Assembly (NCBI GenBank): GCA_964057225.1
Contig: OZ059896.1
Location: forward strand, 18,104,001-18,168,000
DNA length: 64,000 nt
Origin: Auanema rhodensis
Taxonomy: Eukaryota > Animalia > Nematoda
Reading direction: 5' to 3'
The translations under genes were made by a program, and so were the position numbers. Below are positions 21,759 through 35,101 of the stretch, piece by piece (the first letter of the stretch is position 1; every line of letters starts with the position of its first letter). The notes under the pieces are model-generated. The model searched no databases and was not told where the DNA came from. It saw only the letters and a program-made list of their open reading frames with translations.

Positions 21759-23183
21759 TTTTGTACTTTTTGGAAGAATTATTTGAATGAAAATGTGAAA
21801 GATTGATGAAGCGATAGATCGTTTGGTTGGAAAATTTCTTCAAAGTGATTCTGAAGTGTCTGAAAAGAGAATTCATGAAAATGCAGTTCTGATTAATTTG
21901 TAGCCCAGGGTAATAATATCTCAAAACAGTTGTGACTTAATTAGAATTGAACTAAAGAAAAATGATCCAAATAGGGATAGCCTACAAGAAGTGAGTGGTC
22001 AAAGCCTGACTAAGCATGCCACAACTGCCTTGACGTCTGAATGCGAAGGCGGGGCTTGTTTGGGTATTACTTGTGATTTGAAAGAAAAAAGAAGAGAGAA
22101 TAAGAGAGAAATATTATATACATGTATGTTTCATTCTTTCTTCATATACGTATTTAACTAAAAAGAAAAAGTAAAACAAGAGAATTTTCAAATACTTAAG
22201 GTGAGAGGTACACAGAGTTTGCAAACACCATTTCTGTTATGCTCCGCCTTTGTTTAAATCAAAACTTTGAATGAAGAGATTGGATACTATAGCAAAGTTT
22301 CTTTATAGTTTTAAAAGAAAACAAATGTTTTTCTATGAAATTTTTGTAGAATTGGAATGTGGCAGAAGTTGAAGTTCGAGATAGATCTATAGATTCTTAT
22401 ATAATGAATCTTCTTTTTCATATTAAATAATTAATTAAATTTGTTTTTTTTTTATTTTAAAATTAATAATAATCAAGTACTGTTTGGAATTATTCTTTCA
22501 AATTGGTTGAAATAAAATCTAAGAATACAGTAAGGTTTCTGAAGTCATTTAAACACATTTAGGCCGTCGTATACAATCTAAACATTAAAATCGGATTATA
22601 TGACGTAACAGTTAAAATAAAAAAGAAACTTTTTATATATTATTACCTTTATTTACTAATTTTAAGCTCAGAATTCCATGAACATATAGATTAGCAATCA
22701 TATCTCATCTCATCTCAAAACATGATCATATTTTTCATCTCAAGGCTTCTATTCTTCTTTTTAGAGTCTCTATTCATATATAAATATACATATATGTATA
22801 TTATATGATATAATCAACATGTTTGTAAACATCTTAATACCTTTTTTCATCCTGTAAATAGGTTAAGCGATGAAAGATAAATTGGGTAAAGCAGATTGAG
22901 TCTAATGAGATTTCATTTGACAATCCCAGTTGAACGTCATTTCATCAAATCTTTTATCTTCTGCAGATTTTAACTAAAAAAAAATTGAAAAATGTCAAAA
23001 TTTGTCTAAGATTTTCTAATTTTTTTGAATATTTACGGATGCTACCTCATCATCCAAGCTCTATCGTCATCTTCAATCATAAAAACAATAAGATTGAATG
23101 TTTTTTTTCTTTTAATAGTTTGAAGAAAAGCTTTTATATACGTGTTTCTGTCTTCTGACGTATAAAGAGAAATAAATAGAAAG

Positions 23184-23229
<46 letters not shown>

Positions 23230-24070
23230 GAGATTACTCTTTTCTTCACTGAGATTGACGATGAAGAACACGGAAATTTCATATAAGAAACTGTTTTAGC
23301 ATCATCATCGTTCATATTTTGGAAAGATTTGTTCTTCAAAGAAAGAGCAATAACATTAGTTAGTTAGTTCAAGTTTTCTGTACTTTTTACTGATAATAGC
23401 TTTGTCAGCTGATATCAGTATAGTACGTATTCTCTTCATCGGATATGTTTTGATAATTCATCATATATCAATTGTACTTTACCTAATGAATCTGATGAGA
23501 ACCTCCCATCAGGTTAAAGTTGCCAGCATGTTCAAGTTGTAAGTTCTTTTACTCTTTTGATCTCTTCTTTTCATTTTAATGTATTAGAGTTCAATGATGA
23601 GGATGATGAAGATGATGATGATGTCTTTCAGTTGTTATGTTCAATTTTCCAAAGTAAACGTAAACATAACAAACATCCAATGATGTTATTGCTCACTCAT
23701 TAGTCTGAAAGGTTGATATTACCATGTGAGAGTGAGAGAGAAACAGAGAGAGAGAGAGAAAGAGACTAAGCTTAACTAGATGAATAGAAAAGAACAGTAG
23801 ATGGAAATAGAGAAAGAGATCAGAAATGAATATGATTCTTAACTATGTAAATATATTATTTCTATTCGTATTATCAATTAAAAGTACAAAGTTTTAATAG
23901 AAGCAAAAAAGAAAATGTACTATGTTTTTACTTCCAAACTCTATATTAGTATATGCTATATGGCCTTGAAGCTTGATCTTAAATTTAAATTTAAAATTCA
24001 AACATGAATATATATTTAATGATTGTAATTGACGAGCCTTCACATATTTTAAGAATTAAATGGGATATTT

Positions 24071-24089
24071 GAGAGAGAGAGAGAGAAGG

Positions 24090-24140
<51 letters not shown>
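24071..24140. repeat. (GA)n microsatellite
   Basis: Interrupted GA dinucleotide run. Confidence 0.95.
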
Positions 24141-24142
<2 letters not shown>

Positions 24143-25954
24143 AAGGAAGGAATATTCCTCTGTAAGATTAAGATATTCATATATTATATTCTATTATGAT
24201 AAGGAAACATAATATACAGAAAAGGCCATTTAGATGATCAAATCAAATTTATTTTTTATTTAAAAAAAAAAATAATTATAATACAAGTTTCTTTATTAAT
24301 TTGTGTTCTTGACAGGATATTCAGTTGATTTCGTTTAGAAAAACTATCAAACTTTGATTGCAGCTTTCATCATTCTCATGTTAATGTTGCTCATATTTGG
24401 AAAACAAAAAACTTTATGAATTCACAACAAAGATGAAATGGTCATGGATGTCATCAATAGTTTGAACATGTGTTGCAACTTTATCTGAAAATGTAAAAAA
24501 AAAAGAAAGTTTTTCTCTTGTTGTTTGTTTGACGTATGTATGACAAGTTGAAAAACGATGGAATTGCTATTCTTCATTCCTTTCATCAACAGAAATGCTT
24601 TGAAATGGTTTACAGTCAGACATCTGTGTCAGACGGAAAAGACAAGAGGAAGTTGTTGTATTATTGGCACGAAGTAGAACCGCTTAGCCATTTGGGTCAG
24701 AACTATGCAAACGAACATGAACAGCATATGGATATTGAGCTTTGAGATGGTTAGGCTGATGATGTTACAACAAACAGCATGTATGTAACATGTGAATGTT
24801 ACTGATCATGAGAGAACAATCAAATGGTAAATGACATGAAAAGATATTTTCAATTCTTTTCTTTTACCAAACTCTGCAATATGTTGATACATGAGAATGT
24901 GAATTATTTTTTAAATTACATTCAATGATTATGGAAACCTAAAACTTAGAATTTTCTAATATAAGCTCATAAGCAAGTTTTTAAACATTCCTTCAAGCTT
25001 ATGAATTAACTATAAATAATCTCAGAATATTTTAATTTTTAAAGAATTTATTAAAATATATTATTATTATTTATAATAATAATATTGTTCTTTATAACTA
25101 TATTATCATTAGTCTTTATCTGTAAATGTTTTCTTTTAATTTCATATATATATAGTTGTCTTACTCATAAGCTGATTGTTTTCAAGTTGTAAAGAGAATA
25201 AGATTAATGAAAATATCAAACTTAAGCTTCATAAACGTTGATTTGATTTCAAGTGAATAGACATTTCAAATTGAATAAATTATTGTTTGTAACAAACAAC
25301 ATTCAAATTAAATAATTTTCTTTTTTTTTAAATTTATTTTGATAAATCAATTTGATAGATTTTTATCCTTCAAAAATAATTCAGATTTTCTAAGAATCTT
25401 TAAAAGCAAATGATTGTTATTTAGTTTTAGATTGATCGGATTGTTTACATGTATGTTTCATCATCATAATTAATTTGAAAAAAATAGTTTCCTTATAAGT
25501 GTTTAGATAGTAGATAAGAATCAATGATCATCCATATCAATTCAAAATGATATCCAAATGTATATTGTTCTTTAGATGTATCTATATGAAATAAGGATAA
25601 GACGAACTCTCGACCACTTAATAACAGCTTTTAAGCCGCTAAAAGGAATGCCCGAAATTTGAATTTATCAATCATTTTTTCTTTGTTGTGAAATTATTTA
25701 TATTGAGTGAAAGGGAAGAATATGAAGAAAAGTTTATTTTTCTAAAAAAAAAAGAAAAATTTAATTTTTTCTTCAGAAAAATTACTCAAAAAATAATTTG
25801 AAAAAATACACATGAGTTTAATGAGTACCAAACTAAAAAAAAGGATAATATGAATGAAGAATATCCATCAGAACTTTGTAGTTGGCACTTTTAGCCTTTA
25901 CACATATCTAAAATCGTTTTTTGGAGTTTAGAATGATCTGTCCTATGATTTACC

Positions 25955-27531
25955 TTATTCAAGAGCGTATGTATTCTTTTCCACAGTTTTGAGGTTGGTA
26001 AGGGCGCGGAAATCAACCTTTGAGGCATCTTTCTTCTTGATCTTATCGAACTTGCTTTCCGTCTTGGAAACTTTCTTGAGTGTCGGTTTAACGCTGAAAT
26101 AATGCAGCTTGATGAGCATATGTTGAGTCAAATCAAACTTACAATTTACCACGAAGATCGTTGACAGCAATTGTCAATTCGTTAATTTCGAAATCTTTTT
26201 GACGAACAAGGTAGGATACATCATAGTTTTCACTCTCCAATTCAATAAGACGTTCACGCAATTCATCATAAACAGCTTCCATGTCATCTGAAAGGTATGA
26301 GGAGGTTGTGAGAAATGTTTTTGACATCATACCACAATCATCAAGATCGGGAAGAGGGATAATACGCTCTTGAAGAATGCGTTGACGTTCTTGCTCCTTA
26401 AGCATCTGTTGCTTCTTCAAATCTTCGGCAGCTTTCATCATTAAAAGCTTCTGAAAACGAAAGGATAATTGTTACGGTTCCATAGATTATCTGATAAAAC
26501 ATACTCTGAGCTTCTTCTTTCTTTCTGGAGTCAAGAAACCTTTCTTGGCCTTCTTCATACGACTGGCTTCTTCCAAACGCTTTCTTACTTCATCCTTCTT
26601 ACGCTCACGCTCAGCAAACTTGCGAGCCTAGAAGCAGCTTATTAATAAAGATAATAAATTAGAAAAAAGGAAAAAAACTGAATATGTACTACAGGAGTAT
26701 GTGCTATACTTCAAAGTATTTTTTGTGCAAAAAGGAAATTTCAGCTAATCTTTATACCGATAAACCAAGGTTTTTTAAAGGGAAGTTCAACGAATTGAAG
26801 GTAAAAATATATAAAAACTTAAAAATGGTAAGAAAACTAAGAAATCTGATTCTGTAACACTACTCTAAATTGAAACATACCTCCGCAGTTGAATCATCAT
26901 ATTCATCCTAATTTTTCGATTTAATATACAAATTTACTTTTAAATTGTAATTAATATTATATTTAATTTATAATAATTAATTATTTTTTCTTATACTTTT
27001 ATCATCATAAAAGCTATTGAAATTGAATTTCGTATCTAGACAGAAGACAAATATCACACAGTTAAATGTCTGAAGTGGCTTCCACAACCACTGACGACAA
27101 CGTCGTTGAGGTAAATAGATGACGATAAAATGTCAAAGCGAAGAGAGTACGAGGTTCCGGAATCTCAAAATCCATCCACCTCCACAGATTTCCAACTAGC
27201 AGAACTTTTTTGTGGTTAAAGAGGCAAATATGAACAACTTCTTTCAATTCTTTTTAATTAAAATCACAAAATTGAGAAACAAAATGTAATTTGAATATTA
27301 AAAATTATTATTTTATTTTAAAATTTATTTAAAATATTATATTTATTTATTTTTAAAACTTTCTTAATTTTATAAGTATTATTAAATATTTAACTGTACA
27401 ATATACAGTATAAAGTTAAAAAATATTTCTTAAATAGAAAATAAAAAATAATTTTGAGGTCTTACCTCATCCTCGTCAAAGTCGCTTTGCATACCTCCGT
27501 AGCGAATGTTCTCTGGGGCTTCCCAAGACAT
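25955..27531 (-). CDS. tni-4: Troponin I, TNI-4-like
   Basis: [22 protein letters not shown]|...[41 protein letters not shown]|[12 protein letters not shown]...RIIPLPDLD...[38 protein letters not shown]. This closely matches my recollection of C. elegans TNI-4. Confidence 0.9.
26881..26907 (-). other. Candidate 27-nt micro-exon of tni-4 (DEYDDSTAE)
   Basis: ATTAG|GATGAATATGATGATTCAACTGCGGAG|GTATG. Phase 0 on both sides, matching the flanking exons. Confidence 0.55.
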
Positions 27532-29024
27532 GTCTTAAACGGAAAAGTTTTGGATACATTTTAAGAAGAAAAGATAAAACATTTTAAAAGAAAACAAGTA
27601 TAAAGATATAAAGAATGGAAATAATAGGAAGAAGGCCAACTAAAGTCGACGAATTTGCAAAGAAAAGCTAAAAGAATGAAAATAATTTGGAGAATTCGTG
27701 AATAATAGTTAGATAAACGACTATTTGAAGTTGGATAGTGTTGAGCAAACGACTGTTTGAAGCGGCTTTGCTTGATTGTGAGAGATGATGAGCTTGTGGT
27801 GGGAGGAGAGATGCTGCTGCTGAGAGAAAATATTGAAGTGGACTGTAAATACAGTAGATAATGTATGAGAGAAAAGGCTGTTATAGAGAGATTGAGATAT
27901 AGGATAGATCAAATGGAGAGTATGAAGCAGAAAAATGAAAATATAGAGAATTACAAAGATTCGAAGAGAGAAGCATCGAAGTAAGAGGAAAGTGAATGAT
28001 GATGAAAGAGGTAGATGAGATATTATATAATCTGTACGACGATAGAAGACGTTGTGTACATTACACATTCTCTCCGCATGCGCCACTGTAGCTCGATGGC
28101 TGTCATCCGGATGATAGGTTGTGAGAATACGGAAAAAATCATAACTAATCCGAAAAATAAGGTTGAAGTAAACTGATAAAATCTTCAAAAGTAGTTTATT
28201 TTTGTTATTATTTCAATACAATTCAACAATTTGTGAATATTCTTTTATGAAAAACACATCTTTTTCATGTTTTCTTGTTCAATTTATCGCACACCTTGAA
28301 GATATGAGCAAGTAATTCTTAAGATTTGATATATTTTAAATAAAAAATAAAATTTTCACTATAGAAACTAATGAAAAGTATCAAGATATCCTAATTATGG
28401 AAATACTATCATAGTATGTTTCAAACAAGATTCATATATAAAAATTTTTGTACAATATTGTAATTTTTGAGCGCTCAATGTTTTAGTTATAAAATCTTTT
28501 ATCAAATATTTCATAGCAACACTCTTATTAAGTTTAAAAACTTGAATAAGTTTGTGAGAATATTGTTGACAAAACATTGAGATCCGGAAAAGTTTTTGGT
28601 ACAATTACCCTCTTACAACTTGTGTATGAATTGCTTATGAATCCCATGTGTCTTCCATTTATGGAAATGAACAGCTTCTTTATCTTCTTTTTTCATATTT
28701 CTCCGTCAACATCTTCTTCAAAAGAGACAGAATACTAAATGGCATTGTCGACATGCCCTAAGGGGAGGAAATAGATAGGGCAAAGGCTGGAGGAAGCTAG
28801 AAGCTGTCGTTGAGGCTAGAAGCAGAAGAAAAATAGCTCAATGATGAAAGTTTTCACAAGTTTTCTGCGATACCATTCAATAACGTTTTCTTAGTTTACA
28901 AGTTTTAATATTTGTTATTTTTTTTATTTTAAAAATTAAAAATAATTTTGAATAAATTTTTATTTAATAATAATTATAATAAATTAAAAACAATAATAAT
29001 ATAATCTATATAATGTACTTTATT

Positions 29025-32000
29025 TCATCTCATTTGATGTGGTATTGCATAGCTTGAAACTAAAAATAAAATTATTTGTTCTGTTAAAAACATTTGGAAA
29101 AAAAAAAGTTAAAACCTTACCTGATGAGCTGCTTACACGCCGTGTTACACCTGGAGTAGTATAGCTATTATTTGAAGAATCTGTGTATCCTGATGAATCT
29201 ATAAGAAAATTTTCTTTTTTTAATTAATTTTCAATTTGTTTTTGTAATTGATTTTTTCAAAAAAAAACTGCTGAATCTGACATCTAAACGTTCAAAAATA
29301 TTTTCTTTTAAATTTCTTTTCATTTTTTTGTTTAAAATTTCTTTTTTAAAATTGTATATATATATATACATATATACATATATCTTTGACTCTTATTTTC
29401 AAGAAAACTTGAAAACATACATGTTGTACCACTCATTGAGCTTGAACATACGGATCCACGATCAATAGAACGAATACATCTGAAAGAATTAAGAATTCTT
29501 CTATATTTCACATCTCTAGCATCATTAACGACAACTGACGAGAAGAAAAACCTTATATGTATGAGATAGGTTGATATGAAAATTGAAAAGATGAGTAGAA
29601 TTGCTGTACCCGCCCCTGCAATTGCAATTTGCCATCGTAAGAAACACATTGTGTCTTCAGAAACAACAGATGATGACATGAAGAATTCTGTAAAAATCTT
29701 ATGAACTTCTTTTCAAAAAAATTTTTTTTTCTTTGATCAATCGTTGATTAAAATTTCTTTTTAAATCTTTTTTCATCATAAATTTCAAAAGAATATAATT
29801 TGATCTTTTCAAAAATGTTCAATTGTTCTTCAAATTTTGTCATAAAATGTCCTTCTTTTCTTTGAACTTCATTTCAAATTACCATCTAAAGATTATTATC
29901 TTTCAAAATCTTACCCGGACGAGGTTTGCGTGGTTTTAACTTTTTCATGGGCGTTTCAACATTTTCAATAAACTTGGATGATTTTGTATCTTCTGGATCT
30001 AATACAGTTAGAGTTCCAGTCACAAAACTATGTTTTTCATTTTTTATTTTAATTTCTTCTTCTTCTTCATAATTTGTCTGAAATATTTTGAAAAATTAAA
30101 TTTTAAAAAAATCTTCTTTTTTCTTCTTCAATGTTTAATATTATTTGAAAAATAAATTAGAAAACTGTACTTCTTGCTGAGCATGAAGTCGAAAATCTGG
30201 TCTTAACCGACTCATCAATTGCTGAAGATCTTCTATTGATTGTCGTTTCTTACGTCCATGACTATTTCCACTTTTATGTGTTAAACCATCACATATAACC
30301 TAAAGAAATAATATAAATAAATTATTTTTTTTATTAAAAATTCATATCAGAATCTTTAAATATCAAATTTGATTATAAGATAACTAGCTAGTAAAACATG
30401 TCATTTCAATCTTCTTTTTTTTAATTTTTATATATTTTTTTTTAAATTAGAAACTTTTTTATATTTAAATTTAGACTATGACTACATTTTCATATAAAAA
30501 TTGTGTGATTATACCAAAACTCGCTCTTATTGGTGGTGATGTAGTTGATGATGTGGCTATTTTTATTAATGATCAAGGTACTATACAAGATATTAAGAAG
30601 GCTTCAACTGGAAATTTTGTAAATCAAACTGTTGTACAGCTTCCGGATGAAGTAATAAAGTTTATTTATAAATTATAGTTAATATAGTTAATGTTTTAGA
30701 TTCTTTTACCCGGCTTTATAAATGCTCATTCACATGCTTTTCATCGACATCTTCGTGGTCGAAGTGAAATTGGTGGAAAAGCTGCTGATACATTTTGGAA
30801 ATGGAGAGATAACATGTATGGATTAGTAGATGGAGTTACAAAAGAAATGCTTTATGAGGTTAGATTTGTACTTTGAATTTGAAATTTTTCAAAAAAGGAA
30901 TAGACAGATGAGCTTTATCTCATTTCAGTATTGTCGTGTAACATTTTTGGAAATGTTATCTGCAGGAATTACAACTGTCGGTGAATTTCATTATGTTCAT
31001 CATTCAGCTGATGGACGTTTTGATTTGGATTCAGTTGTTATTCAAGCTGCACAAGATGTTGGAATACGTTTAACCTTAATTCAAGTAATAATCTTTTTCA
31101 TATTTATCTTATACAAAAAAATTAAAATTTTGAAGACTTTGTATGAACGAGCTGGATTCGATAATGGTATAATACATCCAGTTCAAAATAATTTCTTTTC
31201 AAGTTATGAAGAATTCATGACAAATATGAATAAACTAATGAGAATTCATAATTCTGATACAGTTTCAATAGCTGTTGCTGGTTAGTGTTTTTCAATATGA
31301 AATATACAAAAGTAAATTCATCTTTCAGCTCATTCAACAAGAGGAGTCTGTTTCGAAAATATCGCAAAACTATATGAATATTCAAAGAAGAATGGCCTAG
31401 CTTTTCATATTCATCTAGAAGAACAACCAAAAGAAATACAAGATTGTCTTAAGTATACTCAGCTTAAAAAGGCTTGTTTTACTGATTTAGTGAAACATAC
31501 ATCATTCAAATAGGATCAAAAGTAAATGTCTGTTTCAGAGTCCATCTGATATTCTATTTGATTTACTTGATATTGGAAATAATTTCACTTCAGTTCATTC
31601 AACTTATACGTCTCCACCAAATATGAAACGATTTGCTCAACAAAGAGCTAATGTTTGTATTTGTCCATTGACTGAAGGTTTGAAAACATAGATTGATAAA
31701 TTCAAAACAAAATTTTAAAATTTAGGTTATTTGGGTGATGGAATACCTTTTGTACCTCCAAACTTAGATATTTCATTGGGAACAGATTGTAATAATCGTA
31801 TATGTTTCTTGGAAGAGATGAGATGGGCTTGTTACTCTCAACATGTAATATCTCTTTAATGCAATTTTCATACAAAGAATTTGTGTGATTCAGATGAAAA
31901 TGAATAGCCGAAGCGTAGCTGGATTATCAGCTCAAAGACTTGTGGAAGCTGCAACAATTGGTGGAGCCCGATCATTATGCTTAGAGCATAAAGTTGGAAC

Positions 32001-35000
32001 ACTTGAGGTAAATATCAAAGACAAGACGATATAATAATAAGCTTATTGGCATTCATAATAGGTTGGCAAGCAGTTTGATTGTGTGTCATTCGAATTATCG
32101 ACATGTGCTTTGAAAAATTGTCAAGAAACCCAAGAAATATTGGATTCACTTGTATTTGGATGCGGAAATCGTGAAATAAAACGAGTAATTGTAAATGGAA
32201 TCAATAGATATATTAATTAAAATAATATTTTTGTATCTTTTCTTTTCTTTTAAATTGTTATCATTATCATATAATATATATGAAGTTTGAAAATAGCGGC
32301 GGAAAAAAGAAAAAAAAGGTCTTACGTGGAAAAGACGTCATTTCTTCATTTATTGACATCAAAATCGGTTGTTTTAAGGACATAAGACATAAGGTGATAG
32401 GTATGATTGACTATTTGTATTTATCTATGAAAAGGGGGGGGGGGGTTGTACGACTGAATAGGGGGGTGAAAGATAAATCAAATGATTCTTTCTTATCATT
32501 CTCATCATACCACGTGTGAGCTTTTGATTTAAATTGTACGAAATAGATGATATTTCTCTTTTTAAGAAAAAAACAATTTTTCATTTTATTCTTACTTATA
32601 AATCATGATAAGTCAAGAATAAGAAGACGAATACGCAATAGGTTTCAAACATATTTCTTTAATTTTTCAAGTTATAAGGAGTTTCAAGTTTTTTTAATAA
32701 TAAAACTTAAATCTTTTTTTTTTGTTTTTTTCTTTCTTTAAGAACTTACCGGTTCACAACGATCAATACAAACATCGATAGTACACTTGATACGAACTCG
32801 ACGACTACCATCAAAACGAAAAACCTATAAATCATATTATTACTGCCTATAGTCTTAATAAGTTTAATTTAAGTTTAAAATATATGATATAGTTAAGTAT
32901 AAATAAGGTTCATAATTTTATTGCTTACTTTTAAGCGTGTAGAGTACGACTGATCAATATCTGAATCAACAACAGCATCTAATAATCTATTTTTTACTTT
33001 TTCTTCTGGACATCTGAAAAAAAGTTTAAATTTTTTATTATATACGTGAAATTTGTTTTTATAAATAAGAAAATATTTTAAAAACAAACCCTTGATGAAT
33101 TATTTTCAAAGGTTCAGGTTGGGGTTCAGAACCTCCTACTCTTTCAGCAACACATTCATTTATGAAGAAGCCTAAGCCTTCTTCTGGATTTAAAACTAAA
33201 GAAATAAAATAACATTCAAAGAATATAGATTGTAATCTAACCTGTCCAACGAAGCTCAACAACTTCACCTAATGGTACAATTGTCACAGGTTTACCACTT
33301 CGTAAAATTTCCATTTTAATTTTTTCAGATCGAGTTTCTTCTCGATCATTATTGGAAGATTTTTTTTCATCGTATTGTGGACGTAAGCTGAAAAGGTTTT
33401 TAAACATTTTTGTAAAAAAGTAAAAAGAGAGAGAGAGAGAGAGAGAAAGATATTTACCCTATACTATTAGTTTTTTCAATTAATTCTGTATAATCACATG
33501 TTATATTGAATACACGATCAGTTGATGTTAGAAGTAATGGTGATTCCATATCATTCCGTTGAACAACAACCATGAATGACCAATGAGATGGGCTCTATAG
33601 GTATTAGAATCTCAGTTACTGTACTTATGGATGACAAACCAGCTCAATGCCAGGACATCTCGGATCATTCTCATCACTATTAGGAAATGGAATATGTAAC
33701 GTTGATTTGGTTGTATTTTCAAATTCTGCTCGACATGTTGAAAAATGGTCCTAAACAGATTGTTTTTGCATATAACAGGTTGAAGAAGTGCGATACCTTA
33801 ATGAACATCGTGCCTGTTGTAGGATTTCCAAATTCAACTGAAACTGATATGCCTGACATTCTACATTCCGTTAAAAGTTCTGTAATTATAATAATTCATA
33901 TAGTTAACAGCAAATTATTGTCTAAAACTTACTTGCTTTAGTAGAATTTTCTGCTCGTTCATGAAAATCATTGTCATCATCAATTACAGTTTCTTCAGCT
34001 TGAGCTTGAACTTGGGACACCCTTTCTCCAACTTCATCATGATTCTAAACAGAATGATAGTACACTTAAGCTTATGCGATCATTTTTGATGTTACCTCTT
34101 GAATTATTTCATTATTTTCCTTTTCATCTACAAATTTTTGATTTGGTGCAGCTTGTGCAATAGGCTTATCAGTACTTGTAACCCGTATTTCATCTGGTGG
34201 AATAGGTATTGAATCACAAATCTAAAATTTAAAAACATTGAAAACAATTAGAAATTTTCCTATATCACTTTATCAAAATAATCCGAATTTTTATCAAATT
34301 TAAACGCATCCGGCTTTGAAAACTGTGAATATTCTGATAAATGACATGTATCCTGAAAATATAAACTTGAAATATTCCTTGTATTCGGGAACTGTACAGA
34401 AATTTTGAAGAAAGAAAGCATTTTGTTCTCGAAATAATGTCTTTTCACCTCTTGTTCGTATACAAATTCTTGAATTTAATTATACTTACATATCAAAGTT
34501 GTATTAACTAGTCAAATTCTCTGAACCACTTTATCCTTTTGACACAATAGGTAAAGATTCTAGTTTTAAGAAATAGAGAGAGAGAGACAGAGAGAAAGAG
34601 AGAAAAAGAGAGAGATAGAGAGAGAGAGAGAGGAACGGAGGAGACGAGGAATATCTTTACTTTCTCTTACATACAGTAATTGGAGGAAGAAGATGAATCG
34701 AAATGACAGCGAAATTTACTCGAAAAGGAAAAGTTGTCCTATATGTGAATAAGGAAGGGAAAGGTAGATTGACCTTTACCTCATAGTTAACTACTAATAC
34801 AAGTGAATTTCTTTTCACTTTCTCTATTATTTTCAATTAAGAAATATTTTATGGTTTTCTTATAAATCATCAATTGTTTCTTTTATTTGAAAATTTAAAA
34901 TAAACAAAAATTTAAAAATATATTAAACATACACTATTATAATCATAACTAATTGATGCACAATTAGCTCCTTCATCAATACATGAAGATAAACAATGAT

Positions 35001-35062
35001 GTACAGATCGTGTATTTATAACCTAAAATAAAAAATAAAATAATTCTCTCTATCCCTCTCTA

Positions 35063-35101
<39 letters not shown>

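Noticed and set aside
27066-27110. Plus-strand mini-exon [15 protein letters not shown]|GTAAAT inside tni-4 (possible inverted alternative first exon)
   Set aside because: No flanking inverted repeats and no downstream plus-strand partner exon. The apparent donor is equally explained as a FoxA-type site.
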